Shown here: in pieces, positions 27,297-35,414 of the stretch | Layout: every line of letters begins with the position of its first letter | Position numbering within the stretch: position 1 is the first letter of the stretch | From: Escherichia coli | GTDB taxonomy: Bacteria; Pseudomonadota; Gammaproteobacteria; Enterobacterales; Enterobacteriaceae | Assembly: GCA_029912145.1 (NCBI GenBank) | Contig: GCA_029912145.1_4350.1 | Direction: 5' to 3' (one strand) | Length of the DNA stretch: 44,747 bases | The notes under the pieces: generated by a model | The model's database searches: none | Seen by the model: the letters and a program-made list of their open reading frames with translations, nothing else | Told to the model about the DNA's origin: nothing | Made by a program: the position numbers and the translations under genes

Positions 27297-27348
27297 ACTA
27301 TTTATTTACGTATTCCAGTTATTCCACTCAATTGTAAATGTTGGAATA

Positions 27349-27364
27349 AACTATTCGAATAGTT
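27349..27364. repeat. Perfect 16 bp palindrome AACTATTCGAATAGTT, abutting a TTGACT -35-like hexamer
   Basis: Read directly; built from the same GAATAG/CTATTC half-site as the promoter dyads. Confidence 0.6.
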
Positions 27365-27391
27365 GACTTTTCACTGAAAATGTGCTAAGCT
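27363..27391 (+). promoter_or_regulatory. Candidate promoter: -35 TTGACT, 17 bp spacer, extended -10 TGcTAAGCT
   Basis: Read directly; the -10 is only moderate. Confidence 0.4.
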
Positions 27392-27410
27392 CCACCTGAG
27401 CTTGTGAAGT

Positions 27411-27521
27411 ATGAACAAGCGACCGCGGCGCGGGCAGGTAACGGAGCGGGACGTAAGTCCTGAGTGTAGTTACGCTGACGCGTTCGGAAGGGCCATACTC
27501 TATTGCTTGTGTAAAAAGTAA
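27411..27521 (+). CDS. Possible small basic peptide (36 aa, MNKRPRRGQV...), or part of a noncoding RNA; not in the ORF track
   Basis: ATG-initiated ORF between promoter and terminator; weak RBS. Confidence 0.2.
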   Translation: MNKRPRRGQVTERDVSPECSYADAFGRAILYCLCKK

Positions 27522-27571
27522 CTGGTTTACTGAGATTACGCCGTTTCTATGTTTAAATGATAAGGACTAGC

Positions 27572-27598
27572 GCCCCGCTTTATGGCGGGGCTTTACTT
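27572..27598 (+). terminator. Rho-independent terminator or attenuator immediately upstream of the Rz-like gene (GCCCCGC-TTTATG-GCGGGGC followed by TTTACTT)
   Basis: Read directly; ends about 10 nt before the Rz RBS. Confidence 0.55.
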
Positions 27599-27616
27599 AT
27601 CGAGAAAGGGGGAAAC

Positions 27617-28003
27617 ATGAATCTTAAAGCAACTGTCGTAGCAGGAGCATGTTTCATCATCCTGGCTTACGCCCACGGCATTTACCAGTATCGCAGCGGC
27701 TGGAGCGAAGGCCGGGCGAATCTCGTTTCGCAGCAACAGCAGAAAGCGCAGGCTGAGTTAGCGAAGAAAACACAACGGCAGCAGCAGGACGAATCAAAGG
27801 CCGCCGCCGCTGACAACGAAGGCAAGACGAAATCAGAGGTGATTACCCGTGAAGTCGTTAAGTACATTAAAACGCCTGGTCGCAGCGTGTGCACTTTTGA
27901 CGATGCTCGCGTCCTGCTCAAGTCCCGCGCCGTCGCCAACGCCAATTCCATCTCCGGATACGACGATGATGCAGCCGCCGTGCAAGCTGGCGCCACCAAG
28001 TAG
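27617..28003 (+). CDS. Inner-membrane spanin (i-spanin, Rz-like)
   Basis: N-terminal transmembrane segment (ATVVAGACFIILAYA), Gln/Ala-rich coiled coil, periplasmic C-terminus; RBS AAGGGGGA. Confidence 0.7.
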   Translation: MNLKATVVAGACFIILAYAHGIYQYRSGWSEGRANLVSQQQQKAQAELAKKTQRQQQDESKAAAADNEGKTKSEVITREVVKYIKTPGRSVCTFDDARVLLKSRAVANANSISGYDDDAAAVQAGATK

Positions 28004-28112
28004 TGACGCGGACGAGGATTTAGCTATCGACGTTCAGAACGCCGAATGCGTACGGCAACTGAGACTGAAAGTGTTCATGTTGCAGGATTACGTGAGGAAT
28101 ATTCTGGAATAG
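27849..28112 (+). CDS. Outer-membrane lipoprotein spanin (o-spanin, Rz1-like), overlapping the 3-prime end of the i-spanin gene in the +1 frame
   Basis: Signal peptide with lipobox LASC followed by a Pro-rich mature region; overlapped architecture extending past the Rz stop. Confidence 0.65.
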   Translation: MKSLSTLKRLVAACALLTMLASCSSPAPSPTPIPSPDTTMMQPPCKLAPPSSDADEDLAIDVQNAECVRQLRLKVFMLQDYVRNILE

Positions 28113-28194
28113 TTGCCTTGCATGTTGGAATAATTTATTCTTGACATGTAAATCCGGGTGGCCCGGATTCCAACGTCCAGGGGACATACTGACT

Positions 28195-28896
28195 ATGAAT
28201 CGTTTTTTACGTTATCCGTTCCAGGAAGAAGCTGGAGCAGAAGATAAAGCTGGTGGCGGTGACGCTCCTAAAATGTTCACCGCTGAAGAAGTTCAGGCGC
28301 TGATTGAGAAAGAAGTTGCCGGGCTTAAGGCCAATCAGGAAGCATTGCTGGCGGAGAAGAAAGAAGCCGCCCGTAAAGCAAAAGAGGCCGAAGAAGAACG
28401 GCAGCGTGCGCACCAGGAGGCGTTAAAGGCCGCCGGTAAGATGGACGAGTTTGAAAAGACGATTCGTAGCCAGTATGACCCGGTGTTAGCCGAGAAAGAT
28501 GGCCGCATCTCCAAAATGGCAGAGCGCATCCTCGGCAGCGAACGTAAAGCGGTGCTAGGCTCTTTCGCGGGTGACTTTATTACCCCGGAAGCAGTGGACA
28601 TCCTTGCGCCGTTCGTTAAGACTGAGTTCGAAGGTGATGATGTGGTTACTAAGTTTGTCGGCGCAGACGGTAACGTAATCACGACTGACCCGGAACAGTT
28701 CCGCAAATACCTGCGCGAACACAAAGCGTTTTCGCATTTGATTAAAGCAAATGCAGCTTCCGGCGGCGGGGCTTCCGGTGGCAAAGGCGGCGGGGCCGCA
28801 CCAGTGTTTAAAGACATGAGTGAAGCAGAGCGTTTAGCCCTGTATAAATCGAACCCTGCCGAATTTGAACGGCAACTTAAAGCCCTGAGGAAATAA
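28195..28896 (+). CDS. Scaffolding protein (putative)
   Basis: Ala/Glu/Lys-rich coiled-coil sequence, directly upstream of the major capsid gene. Confidence 0.6.
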   Translation: MNRFLRYPFQEEAGAEDKAGGGDAPKMFTAEEVQALIEKEVAGLKANQEALLAEKKEAARKAKEAEEERQRAHQEALKAAGKMDEFEKTIRSQYDPVLAEKDGRISKMAERILGSERKAVLGSFAGDFITPEAVDILAPFVKTEFEGDDVVTKFVGADGNVITTDPEQFRKYLREHKAFSHLIKANAASGGGASGGKGGGAAPVFKDMSEAERLALYKSNPAEFERQLKALRK

Positions 28897-28898
28897 TA

Positions 28899-29954
28899 AT
28901 GGCAATTACCACTATCGGCGATATCGTAACTGGCAACATCCCGGTCCTGGCGTCTTATATGACCGAGGACCCGGTAGAAAAAACCGCGTTCTTCCAGTCT
29001 GGTATTCTCACCCCGACCCCATACGCCGCCGAGATTGCCCGCGGCCCGTCCAACGTCGCTAATATTCCTTTCTGGAAAGCGATTGATACCTCTATCGAGC
29101 CGAACTACTCGAACGACGTATACCAGGACATCGCCACCCCGCGTAACGTGCAGACCGGCGAGATGATGGCGCGCGTTGCGTACCTGAACGAAGGTTTCGG
29201 TCAGGCGGATTTGACCGTTGAACTGACCAGCCAGAACCCGCTGCAATCCGTAGCGTCACGTCTGGATAACTTCTGGCAGCGTCAGGCACAACGCCGTCTG
29301 ATTGCTACCGCGCTCGGGCTGTACAATGACAACGTAGCCGCTACCGACGCATACCACGAGCAGAAGGACATGGTAATCGACGTGTCTGCTACTCTGGGCT
29401 TCGATGCGGGCGCGTTCATCGACGCTACCCAGACTATGGGCGATGCTCTGATGGGCAACGGCGGTGAAGTGCTGGGGGCTATCGCGATGCATAGCTTCGT
29501 TTATGCGCAGGCACGTAAGCAGCAGCTTATCGACTTCATCCGTGACGCGGACAACAACACCATGTTCGCCACCTACCAGGGCTACCGCGTGATTGTTGAC
29601 GACAGCATGACCGTAGTCGGCACTGGCCCGACCCGTAAGTTCATCTCCATCATCTTCGGCAACGGCGCTATCGGTTACGGTGAAGGTTCTCCGTCCAACC
29701 CGCTGGAATACGAGCGCGAAGCGTCCCGCGGCAACGGCGGCGGCGTTGAAACCCTGTGGACCCGTAAGACCTGGTTGCTACATCCGTTTGGTTACAGCTT
29801 CACCAGTGCAGTAATCACTGGCAACGGCACCGAGACTACCCCGCGCTCTGCTTCCTGGCAGGACCTGGCGAACGCCTCCAACTGGAACCGTGTGGTTGAC
29901 CGCAAGCACGTACCGATTGCCTTCCTGGTAACTGGTGTCGGTGCTCAAGGTTAA
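28899..29954 (+). CDS. Major capsid protein
   Basis: 351 aa ORF after the scaffold gene, followed by a strong terminator; positional and compositional inference. Confidence 0.75.
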   Translation: MAITTIGDIVTGNIPVLASYMTEDPVEKTAFFQSGILTPTPYAAEIARGPSNVANIPFWKAIDTSIEPNYSNDVYQDIATPRNVQTGEMMARVAYLNEGFGQADLTVELTSQNPLQSVASRLDNFWQRQAQRRLIATALGLYNDNVAATDAYHEQKDMVIDVSATLGFDAGAFIDATQTMGDALMGNGGEVLGAIAMHSFVYAQARKQQLIDFIRDADNNTMFATYQGYRVIVDDSMTVVGTGPTRKFISIIFGNGAIGYGEGSPSNPLEYEREASRGNGGGVETLWTRKTWLLHPFGYSFTSAVITGNGTETTPRSASWQDLANASNWNRVVDRKHVPIAFLVTGVGAQG

Positions 29955-29964
29955 GCTATAATCG

Positions 29965-29992
29965 AGAGGGACTTCGGTCCCTCTTTTCATTT
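29965..29992 (+). terminator. Rho-independent terminator after the major capsid gene (AGAGGGA-CTTCGG-TCCCTCT followed by TTTCATTT)
   Basis: Read directly. Confidence 0.6.
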
Positions 29993-30007
29993 ACTAAGAG
30001 GTAAATT

Positions 30008-30232
30008 ATGGCTAAGACCGGAAAAGGCTTGCCGCGCAGCCTTCAGAATGTCGACTTCGGTGACTTTGATATCCCAGTCACGCCTGCTACTACCAGCGTA
30101 GTTGGTGGGGTTAGAAAGTCAGCTACTGTGGCTGCACCTGCGGCCATTACCGCCGCCGCCAGGGTGCCGTCCGCCGCGGCACCGACTACGGAAGAGTTCG
30201 GCGCCCTTGTAGCGGAGTACAACAAACTCTGA
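30008..30232 (+). CDS. Hypothetical Ala-rich head protein (74 aa)
   Basis: RBS AGAGG before ATG; the frame stays open for 24 codons beyond the TGA stop. Confidence 0.45.
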   Translation: MAKTGKGLPRSLQNVDFGDFDIPVTPATTSVVGGVRKSATVAAPAAITAAARVPSAAAPTTEEFGALVAEYNKL

Positions 30233-30319
30233 ACCGATGTTACCGCGCTGCGCACTACCGTAGCAAATCTGTTGACTGCGCTTAAAAACGCAGGAACTGT
30301 AAGCTAAAGGAGCTTAAAA

Positions 30320-30661
30320 ATGGTTGATGTAATCAAACGTCGCATTACCGGTGTTTCAGCCGATACCGTAGGCGCTAAAATCGATATGGCAAATATCGCC
30401 CCCGCGTCTTTCTCATCTGCGCCGGCGAGTACTACCTCAGTAACCGCAAGTGAAACTATGACGCTTACCGTAACCGTAACTGGCGGTCTGAAGCCATACT
30501 CCTACCAGTGGTACAAGAACAACAACGCTATCGCCGGGGCAAACGCTGCTTCCTATGTAAAGGCGTCTACTACTAGCGCAGATTCAGGCACGTATAAAGT
30601 GGTTGTTCACGATGTGTATGGTAATATTATCTCCAGCAGCACTGAAGCAACTGTGTCTTAA
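30320..30661 (+). CDS. Ig-like domain protein (possible head decoration protein, 113 aa)
   Basis: GGLKPYSYQWYKNNNAIAGA...GTYKVVVHD resembles Ig-like folds; RBS AAAGGAG. Confidence 0.55.
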   Translation: MVDVIKRRITGVSADTVGAKIDMANIAPASFSSAPASTTSVTASETMTLTVTVTGGLKPYSYQWYKNNNAIAGANAASYVKASTTSADSGTYKVVVHDVYGNIISSSTEATVS

Positions 30662-30880
30662 TACAACGGCCCTTCGGGGCCGTAATAAGGAAAGGTCATG
30701 GCAGATAATTATGTAATCCGCGAAAAGTACACCCACGTTGATGTTGTTGACGGTCAGGTGATGCCTGTTCGCGGTGCGGTAGAAGCGGAAGAACTGGTTG
30801 CAACACAACCGGACAACGAAGAAGCGCACAACAACGGTGGTGGTACTAAGCGACGTCGCCGTAAGTCAGAGGAATAATTT

Positions 30881-31393
30881 ATGCCGCTAATCGTGGAAGA
30901 TGGGTCGATAGTACCTAACGCTGACAGTTACGTTAGTCTGGCTGACGCCCGCGCGTTAGCGGCTAACTATGGCCTGGAGCTACCGGAAGACGATACTGCC
31001 ACCGAAGTAGCCTTGCGCAACGGCGCTACTTATGTCGGGCTTGCAGAACCGCAGATGTGCGGCCGCCGTGTGTCCGCCGAGCAGTCCCTGGCGTACCCAC
31101 GTACGGGAACAACACTAAACGGCTTCACCGTAGCTGATAATGTTATCCCACCGCAGTTAATCCGGGCGCAGGTAATCGCCGCTGTTACGTATGGAGCGGG
31201 CACTGATGTTCGGGCTAACTCCGATGGACGTTCCGTGCAGACCGAGCGTGTAGAGGGTGCGGTAACAGTTACCTACTTCAACAACGGCAACAGCGGGGCC
31301 ACAACCGCGATTACCGCCGCTGACGACGCCTTACGCCCGTTACTGTGTGGTGGTCTTAACAACGGCTTCTCATTTAATGTGTACCGGGGTTAA
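30881..31393 (+). CDS. Head-tail connector / adaptor protein (putative)
   Basis: Position in the head-tail joining block; N-terminal SYVSLADARA pattern resembles gp6-type connectors. Confidence 0.45.
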   Translation: MPLIVEDGSIVPNADSYVSLADARALAANYGLELPEDDTATEVALRNGATYVGLAEPQMCGRRVSAEQSLAYPRTGTTLNGFTVADNVIPPQLIRAQVIAAVTYGAGTDVRANSDGRSVQTERVEGAVTVTYFNNGNSGATTAITAADDALRPLLCGGLNNGFSFNVYRG

Positions 31394-31395
31394 AA

Positions 31396-32010
31396 ATGGC
31401 GAAGACTAAATCAGAGATGTTTACTCTTATCGGCGCAAACCTCCCCGATAACACTACCGGGCTTATTACCTCAGCAGCGTTGCGCGAGGTAATGACACAG
31501 ATGGCTGACTCACCTATTTACGCCACTCCAGGTGTTAAAGAGGTTGAAGTTCTCCGTGCCGCGTCTACGGTAACCCAAGCGCCTACCGCGGTAGATACGG
31601 CATTGCAGTTAACTTTCGGTGCAGCTCAGGGTAGTGCATCCGACCCGGTAATGATTAATGCTGCGGGGCTGGTTACATTCAACACCGCCGGTAACTACGC
31701 CGTTCGCATCAAGTTACAGGCAGGCCGCACAGGTGCCAGCGGAACGTCTATCCTGTTATCACGCATTCTTCTGAACGGTGCTCAGTACGGCTCACCTGCC
31801 GCCACGAAACTGGTAAGCGCGGACACCACAATCCCGATTGAATCTCGCGTTGTTATTAACCCAACAGCAGGCCAGACGTTTGCCGTTCAGATTATGCGGG
31901 ATAGCGTCGGAACTAACTTCGGTGGTGTATACCCGCAAGCGGCTACCGTAACCGCATGGGGTACAGCCCCGTCCGCGTTGCTGGTTATTTCGAGACTGGA
32001 GGCCGCCTGA
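31396..32010 (+). CDS. Structural protein, head-tail joining block (204 aa)
   Basis: Gene order; tight coupling to neighbours. Confidence 0.45.
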   Translation: MAKTKSEMFTLIGANLPDNTTGLITSAALREVMTQMADSPIYATPGVKEVEVLRAASTVTQAPTAVDTALQLTFGAAQGSASDPVMINAAGLVTFNTAGNYAVRIKLQAGRTGASGTSILLSRILLNGAQYGSPAATKLVSADTTIPIESRVVINPTAGQTFAVQIMRDSVGTNFGGVYPQAATVTAWGTAPSALLVISRLEAA

Positions 32011-32369
32011 TGAGCACCGCTTTCAGTAAACGTATGCAAGGCGTGGGTACACGCCTGCTAACCAAATTCGGCAGCACGGTATCTCTGGTTCGTGCTGGCT
32101 CGAAAGTGTGGGATGAAGTTCTCGGTGAGTACGTCTGGTCTGCGGATGAAGTGTTGCTGTTGAAAGCGGTTCCGGTTCCGGTTAATGCTGGACTGGTAAA
32201 CGGTTCGACGATTCAGGCGGCCGACATGATTGTTAAAGCCGATTACAGCGTCGTTCCGAAGATGGAAGACAAGGTTCAGTTTAGCGGCGCGCAATGGTCT
32301 ATCGTAGCTATCGAGACGAAGATGGTTAACGATGATGTCGTGGCATATTTTATTCAGGTGAGAAAATGA
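32010..32369 (+). CDS. Head-tail joining / head closure protein (putative, about 119 aa)
   Basis: ATG overlapping the upstream stop (TGATG); gene order. Confidence 0.45.
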   Translation: MSTAFSKRMQGVGTRLLTKFGSTVSLVRAGSKVWDEVLGEYVWSADEVLLLKAVPVPVNAGLVNGSTIQAADMIVKADYSVVPKMEDKVQFSGAQWSIVAIETKMVNDDVVAYFIQVRK

Positions 32370-32761
32370 GTTTCGCGCTTGATGTCTCTAAGTTCGTGGA
32401 AAAGGCGAAGAAGAACCCTGAGAAGGTGATGCGTCAGGTGTCTATCAAGCTGTTTTCCGCTATTATAAAGGCGAGTCCGGTAGATACTGGTCGGTTTCGC
32501 ATGAACTGGATGGCATCTGGTGGTACTCCTGCTTCCGGGATTACGGATGCTACGGATAAATCAGGAAACACAGCAACCGGAAACGCTACAAGTTTCGTGC
32601 TGAAAGCCACCGACTGGCATGAGTTCACGCTGACAAATAACCTGCCGTATGCACAACGGCTGGAGTATGGCTGGTCGCAACAGGCCCCGCAAGGATTCGT
32701 CAGGATTAACGTGTCCCGCTTCCAGCAACTCATTAACGAAGAAGCTAGCAAGGTGAGATGA
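32366..32761 (+). CDS. Tail completion protein (putative)
   Basis: Gene order upstream of the major tail gene. Confidence 0.45.
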   Translation: MSFALDVSKFVEKAKKNPEKVMRQVSIKLFSAIIKASPVDTGRFRMNWMASGGTPASGITDATDKSGNTATGNATSFVLKATDWHEFTLTNNLPYAQRLEYGWSQQAPQGFVRINVSRFQQLINEEASKVR

Positions 32762-33174
32762 TGGGCTACTTTGAGGACTTAACAAAGGCGTTTGATGTGC
32801 CGCTGGTAGCCTTCGGAACCACCAACGGCATCAAGGTAGCGCTTGAAAACATCGACGCGCCGACGTCAACAGATACGCCGTATCTGGCAAGTTACATGTT
32901 GCTGGCGGATACCGAGCAGGCTGACTTATTCTTCACGGAACAACGCGCCGGTGTCTATCAGATAGACATTAACTACGCATCGGTGAAAGGTAGCGCGCCA
33001 ATCAATAAAATGGCAGACTTACTTAACACGGCGTTTAAATCAGGTAAGTCATTTTCACGTAACGACATCTGCGCCGAGGTTCAATCGGTTAGCCTGGGGC
33101 CGCTGATTGTAGAAAACGGATGGGCCAAAAGACCATTGTCAATTAACTTTATTGCATTCACCAAGAGGCTGTGA
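32758..33174 (+). CDS. Tail terminator protein (putative)
   Basis: Gene order immediately before the major tail gene. Confidence 0.45.
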   Translation: MMGYFEDLTKAFDVPLVAFGTTNGIKVALENIDAPTSTDTPYLASYMLLADTEQADLFFTEQRAGVYQIDINYASVKGSAPINKMADLLNTAFKSGKSFSRNDICAEVQSVSLGPLIVENGWAKRPLSINFIAFTKRL

Positions 33175-34343
33175 ATATGGCTACAACTCCTTTTAAGGGC
33201 GCGAATACCGCGCAATTCTATGTGGCGGAAACTACCCCGGGCGTAACACCGGCTAACCCGGTATGGTCGCCACTGCGTAACACAGGCGGCGTTCCTGCCA
33301 TTACCCGTGACACGCTGACCTCCAACGAACTGGACGGCAGCCGCGAAACTACATCCATCCGCACCGGTAACAAGCAGGTTAGCGGTGAATATGCTATTGA
33401 GCTTAGCTCGAAAAGCCAGGATGACTGGCTAGCCGGGGCTTTAGGCTCTACGTGGCGGGCTGGCGTATCTCTGTCAGGGCTATCGATTACCGTCGCACCG
33501 GCTGGCAAGACGTTCACACGTGCCACCGGCAACTTTATCACTGACAAAGTTAGGGTAGGCGACCTGATTGCGTTTACCGATTTAACTGGCGATAATGCAA
33601 AACCATTTATTGTTACTGCAGTAACGGCTATGGTTGTTACTGGTGCAGGCATCCAACACACCCTGACCACCGAGACAAAAACTAGTAAGGCTAAAACTGG
33701 CTACACGCTGGAAACCGGTAATACGTGTAAGACGTTCTCTATCCTTACCTGGTACAAAGGCCAGTGCGGCGGTACTGACGCGTACACGTTAACCAAAGGC
33801 GTGGAAGTTTCTGGTTTTACCATCGAACAGGCTGTTAACGCGATGGTAACTGGCAGCTTCCCATTCATCGGTCGCAGTCAGGAGATTCTCACCACGCTGC
33901 CGACCGGTTCCAACTTCTCATCTGTTACTTTTGGTGATGAGCCGTTTTCTTCGGTTGACGTTTCCGTGTTCGATGGTTCTACGCCGTTGCGATGCGACAG
34001 TCTGACTATCACCAACGATAACAGCGCGTCCGCGCAGTTCGAACTTGGTAACACTAACGTAGCGTTTGTTGAGCGTAGCCGCGCGGCTAACACTTTCTCC
34101 ATCTCCGGCAAGCTGTACGACATGGTGATGATTCAGAAGTTTATCAACGAACAGCAGGTAGAGATTAACTCTATTCTGGCGGGGGTAAACGGGGCTATGT
34201 CTTTCAGTTTGAAACGCGCAGAGCTTACAGCAGTAACACCAGAGATTGGCGGACCCGAGTCAATCACTCAGTCCATTGAGGGGCAGGCCACCGGCAACCA
34301 GTACCAGTCGTCTATCGTAATTCAACGTATCACCTACGCATAA
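33171..34343 (+). CDS. Major tail protein
   Basis: 390 aa ORF preceding the tail chaperone and tape-measure genes; strong terminator downstream. Confidence 0.7.
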   Translation: MNMATTPFKGANTAQFYVAETTPGVTPANPVWSPLRNTGGVPAITRDTLTSNELDGSRETTSIRTGNKQVSGEYAIELSSKSQDDWLAGALGSTWRAGVSLSGLSITVAPAGKTFTRATGNFITDKVRVGDLIAFTDLTGDNAKPFIVTAVTAMVVTGAGIQHTLTTETKTSKAKTGYTLETGNTCKTFSILTWYKGQCGGTDAYTLTKGVEVSGFTIEQAVNAMVTGSFPFIGRSQEILTTLPTGSNFSSVTFGDEPFSSVDVSVFDGSTPLRCDSLTITNDNSASAQFELGNTNVAFVERSRAANTFSISGKLYDMVMIQKFINEQQVEINSILAGVNGAMSFSLKRAELTAVTPEIGGPESITQSIEGQATGNQYQSSIVIQRITYA

Positions 34344-34347
34344 AACT

Positions 34348-34373
34348 AAGGCCCCTTTCGGGGCCTTTTTCTT
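34348..34373. terminator. Bidirectional terminator between the major tail gene and the antisense cassette (AAGGCCCC-TTTC-GGGGCCTT with T-rich tracts on both sides)
   Basis: Read directly. Confidence 0.65.
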
Positions 34374-34926
34374 ACAAACCTAATTTTAAAGCAATGTCTA
34401 TAACGTTCGATTTAACGTCACCCGGTATGATGTAGGTGTCGTAATCTTTTACACCACTAACATCATACAGATAGCCACGGCTATCGCCGATGAACGTATA
34501 GCCGTCACGATGGAGGCGAACGATTTGCACGTCATGCCCTGCGGCGACGATAGGGGCAACTTCACTGGCGAATCCACCGTCGGACACTACAAAAACTTCG
34601 TCGCCGTCAGGCAAGTTTTCAGCAAGATACTTACCGAAATAATCATCGCCGAATACCGGTTTAATGAATTGCTCAGAAATGGCAATCATTAACTGGCGGC
34701 GGGACAACCCATTAAGAAAACCCTCGGGTTTTTCTTTCCGCGCCCGGTCGTCGTAGCCGTCGAGAAATTCGTGGTAAGCATCCTGGCCTAACGCTGCCAA
34801 AGCAATATTGAACATTGGATTCTTGAAACTGGTAGTTCCTTTCGCAAAGCCCATTTCTACCAGCGCCATAGCAAGCGTGTCTTTCCCGCAACCCGCAGGG
34901 CCATTAAGAATAATTACCTTAGCCAT
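34372..34926 (-). CDS. P-loop nucleotide/polynucleotide kinase (dNMP-kinase-like)
   Basis: Walker A GPAGCGKDT near the N-terminus; 184 aa; last gene of the antisense cassette. Confidence 0.65.
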   Translation of the reverse strand: MAKVIILNGPAGCGKDTLAMALVEMGFAKGTTSFKNPMFNIALAALGQDAYHEFLDGYDDRARKEKPEGFLNGLSRRQLMIAISEQFIKPVFGDDYFGKYLAENLPDGDEVFVVSDGGFASEVAPIVAAGHDVQIVRLHRDGYTFIGDSRGYLYDVSGVKDYDTYIIPGDVKSNVIDIALKLGL

Positions 34927-35414
34927 TATTTATCGCTCCCGTGTGGTTTTAAGTGTGTAGAGTTCCCGTTACAGTCGTATTCGGTAACTGCGTGTGCGGT
35001 TATGCCGAGGTCACGGAAATGCTTTATTACCGCTGGAGAGTCGTCGAACGCACACAAGATTCTTTCCAGTCCGAAAGCACGCAACACCTCTTCTTTAATT
35101 ACGATGTCTTTTCTGTTGTCGTGTTTGCTGCGCATGATTAGCGTGTCAAACCTAACGTTATTTTCTCGTAACCATTCGCGAGTCTCCTCCTCAGCGTCAT
35201 CACTTCGCCCGGTAAGGATAATTATAGTAAGTCCGGAATGCCACAGTACGCTACACAAATGGATATTGTCGTATATCGGAGCGTCATCTTTGCAGGCCAT
35301 GTTAAATGGCTTCCACGCCCACGTTTCTCCGTAGTTATCTTTTGGTAACAGGTGTAAGCGATGGGTACCGTCGGCCAATGTCCCGTCTAAATCGAAAATT
35401 ACAATATCTTTCAT
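34926..35414 (-). CDS. HAD-superfamily phosphatase resembling the 3-prime-phosphatase domain of T4 polynucleotide kinase
   Basis: N-terminal DxDGT motif (IVIFDLDGTLA) and downstream segments resembling the T4 Pnk phosphatase domain as recalled; 162 aa; not alignment-verified. Confidence 0.65.
   Translation of the reverse strand: MKDIVIFDLDGTLADGTHRLHLLPKDNYGETWAWKPFNMACKDDAPIYDNIHLCSVLWHSGLTIIILTGRSDDAEEETREWLRENNVRFDTLIMRSKHDNRKDIVIKEEVLRAFGLERILCAFDDSPAVIKHFRDLGITAHAVTEYDCNGNSTHLKPHGSDK

Noticed and set aside
28141-28170. TTGACA hexamer and CCGGGTGGCCCGG hairpin upstream of the scaffold gene as a promoter
   Set aside because: No acceptable -10 element at the right spacing; may be an activator-dependent late promoter but cannot be supported from sequence alone.
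28335-29246. 303 aa minus-strand ORF antisense to the scaffold and major capsid genes
   Set aside because: Runs antisense across two tightly arranged structural genes with Arg/Ser-rich composition; a GC-rich antisense artefact.
30230-30307. In-frame TGA stop at 30230-30232 followed by 24 sense codons before TAA, suggesting stop-codon read-through
   Set aside because: A 24-codon open stretch after a stop is expected by chance roughly one time in three, and no read-through context was identified; noted only as a possibility testable by proteomics.
34372-34926. DNA hypermodification pathway (for example 7-deazaguanine or hydroxymethyl-pyrimidine), suggested by the dNMP-kinase-like gene
   Set aside because: No transglycosylase, radical-SAM, QueC/QueD/FolE-like or thymidylate-synthase-like hydroxymethylase genes are present in the window; the kinase alone is insufficient evidence.
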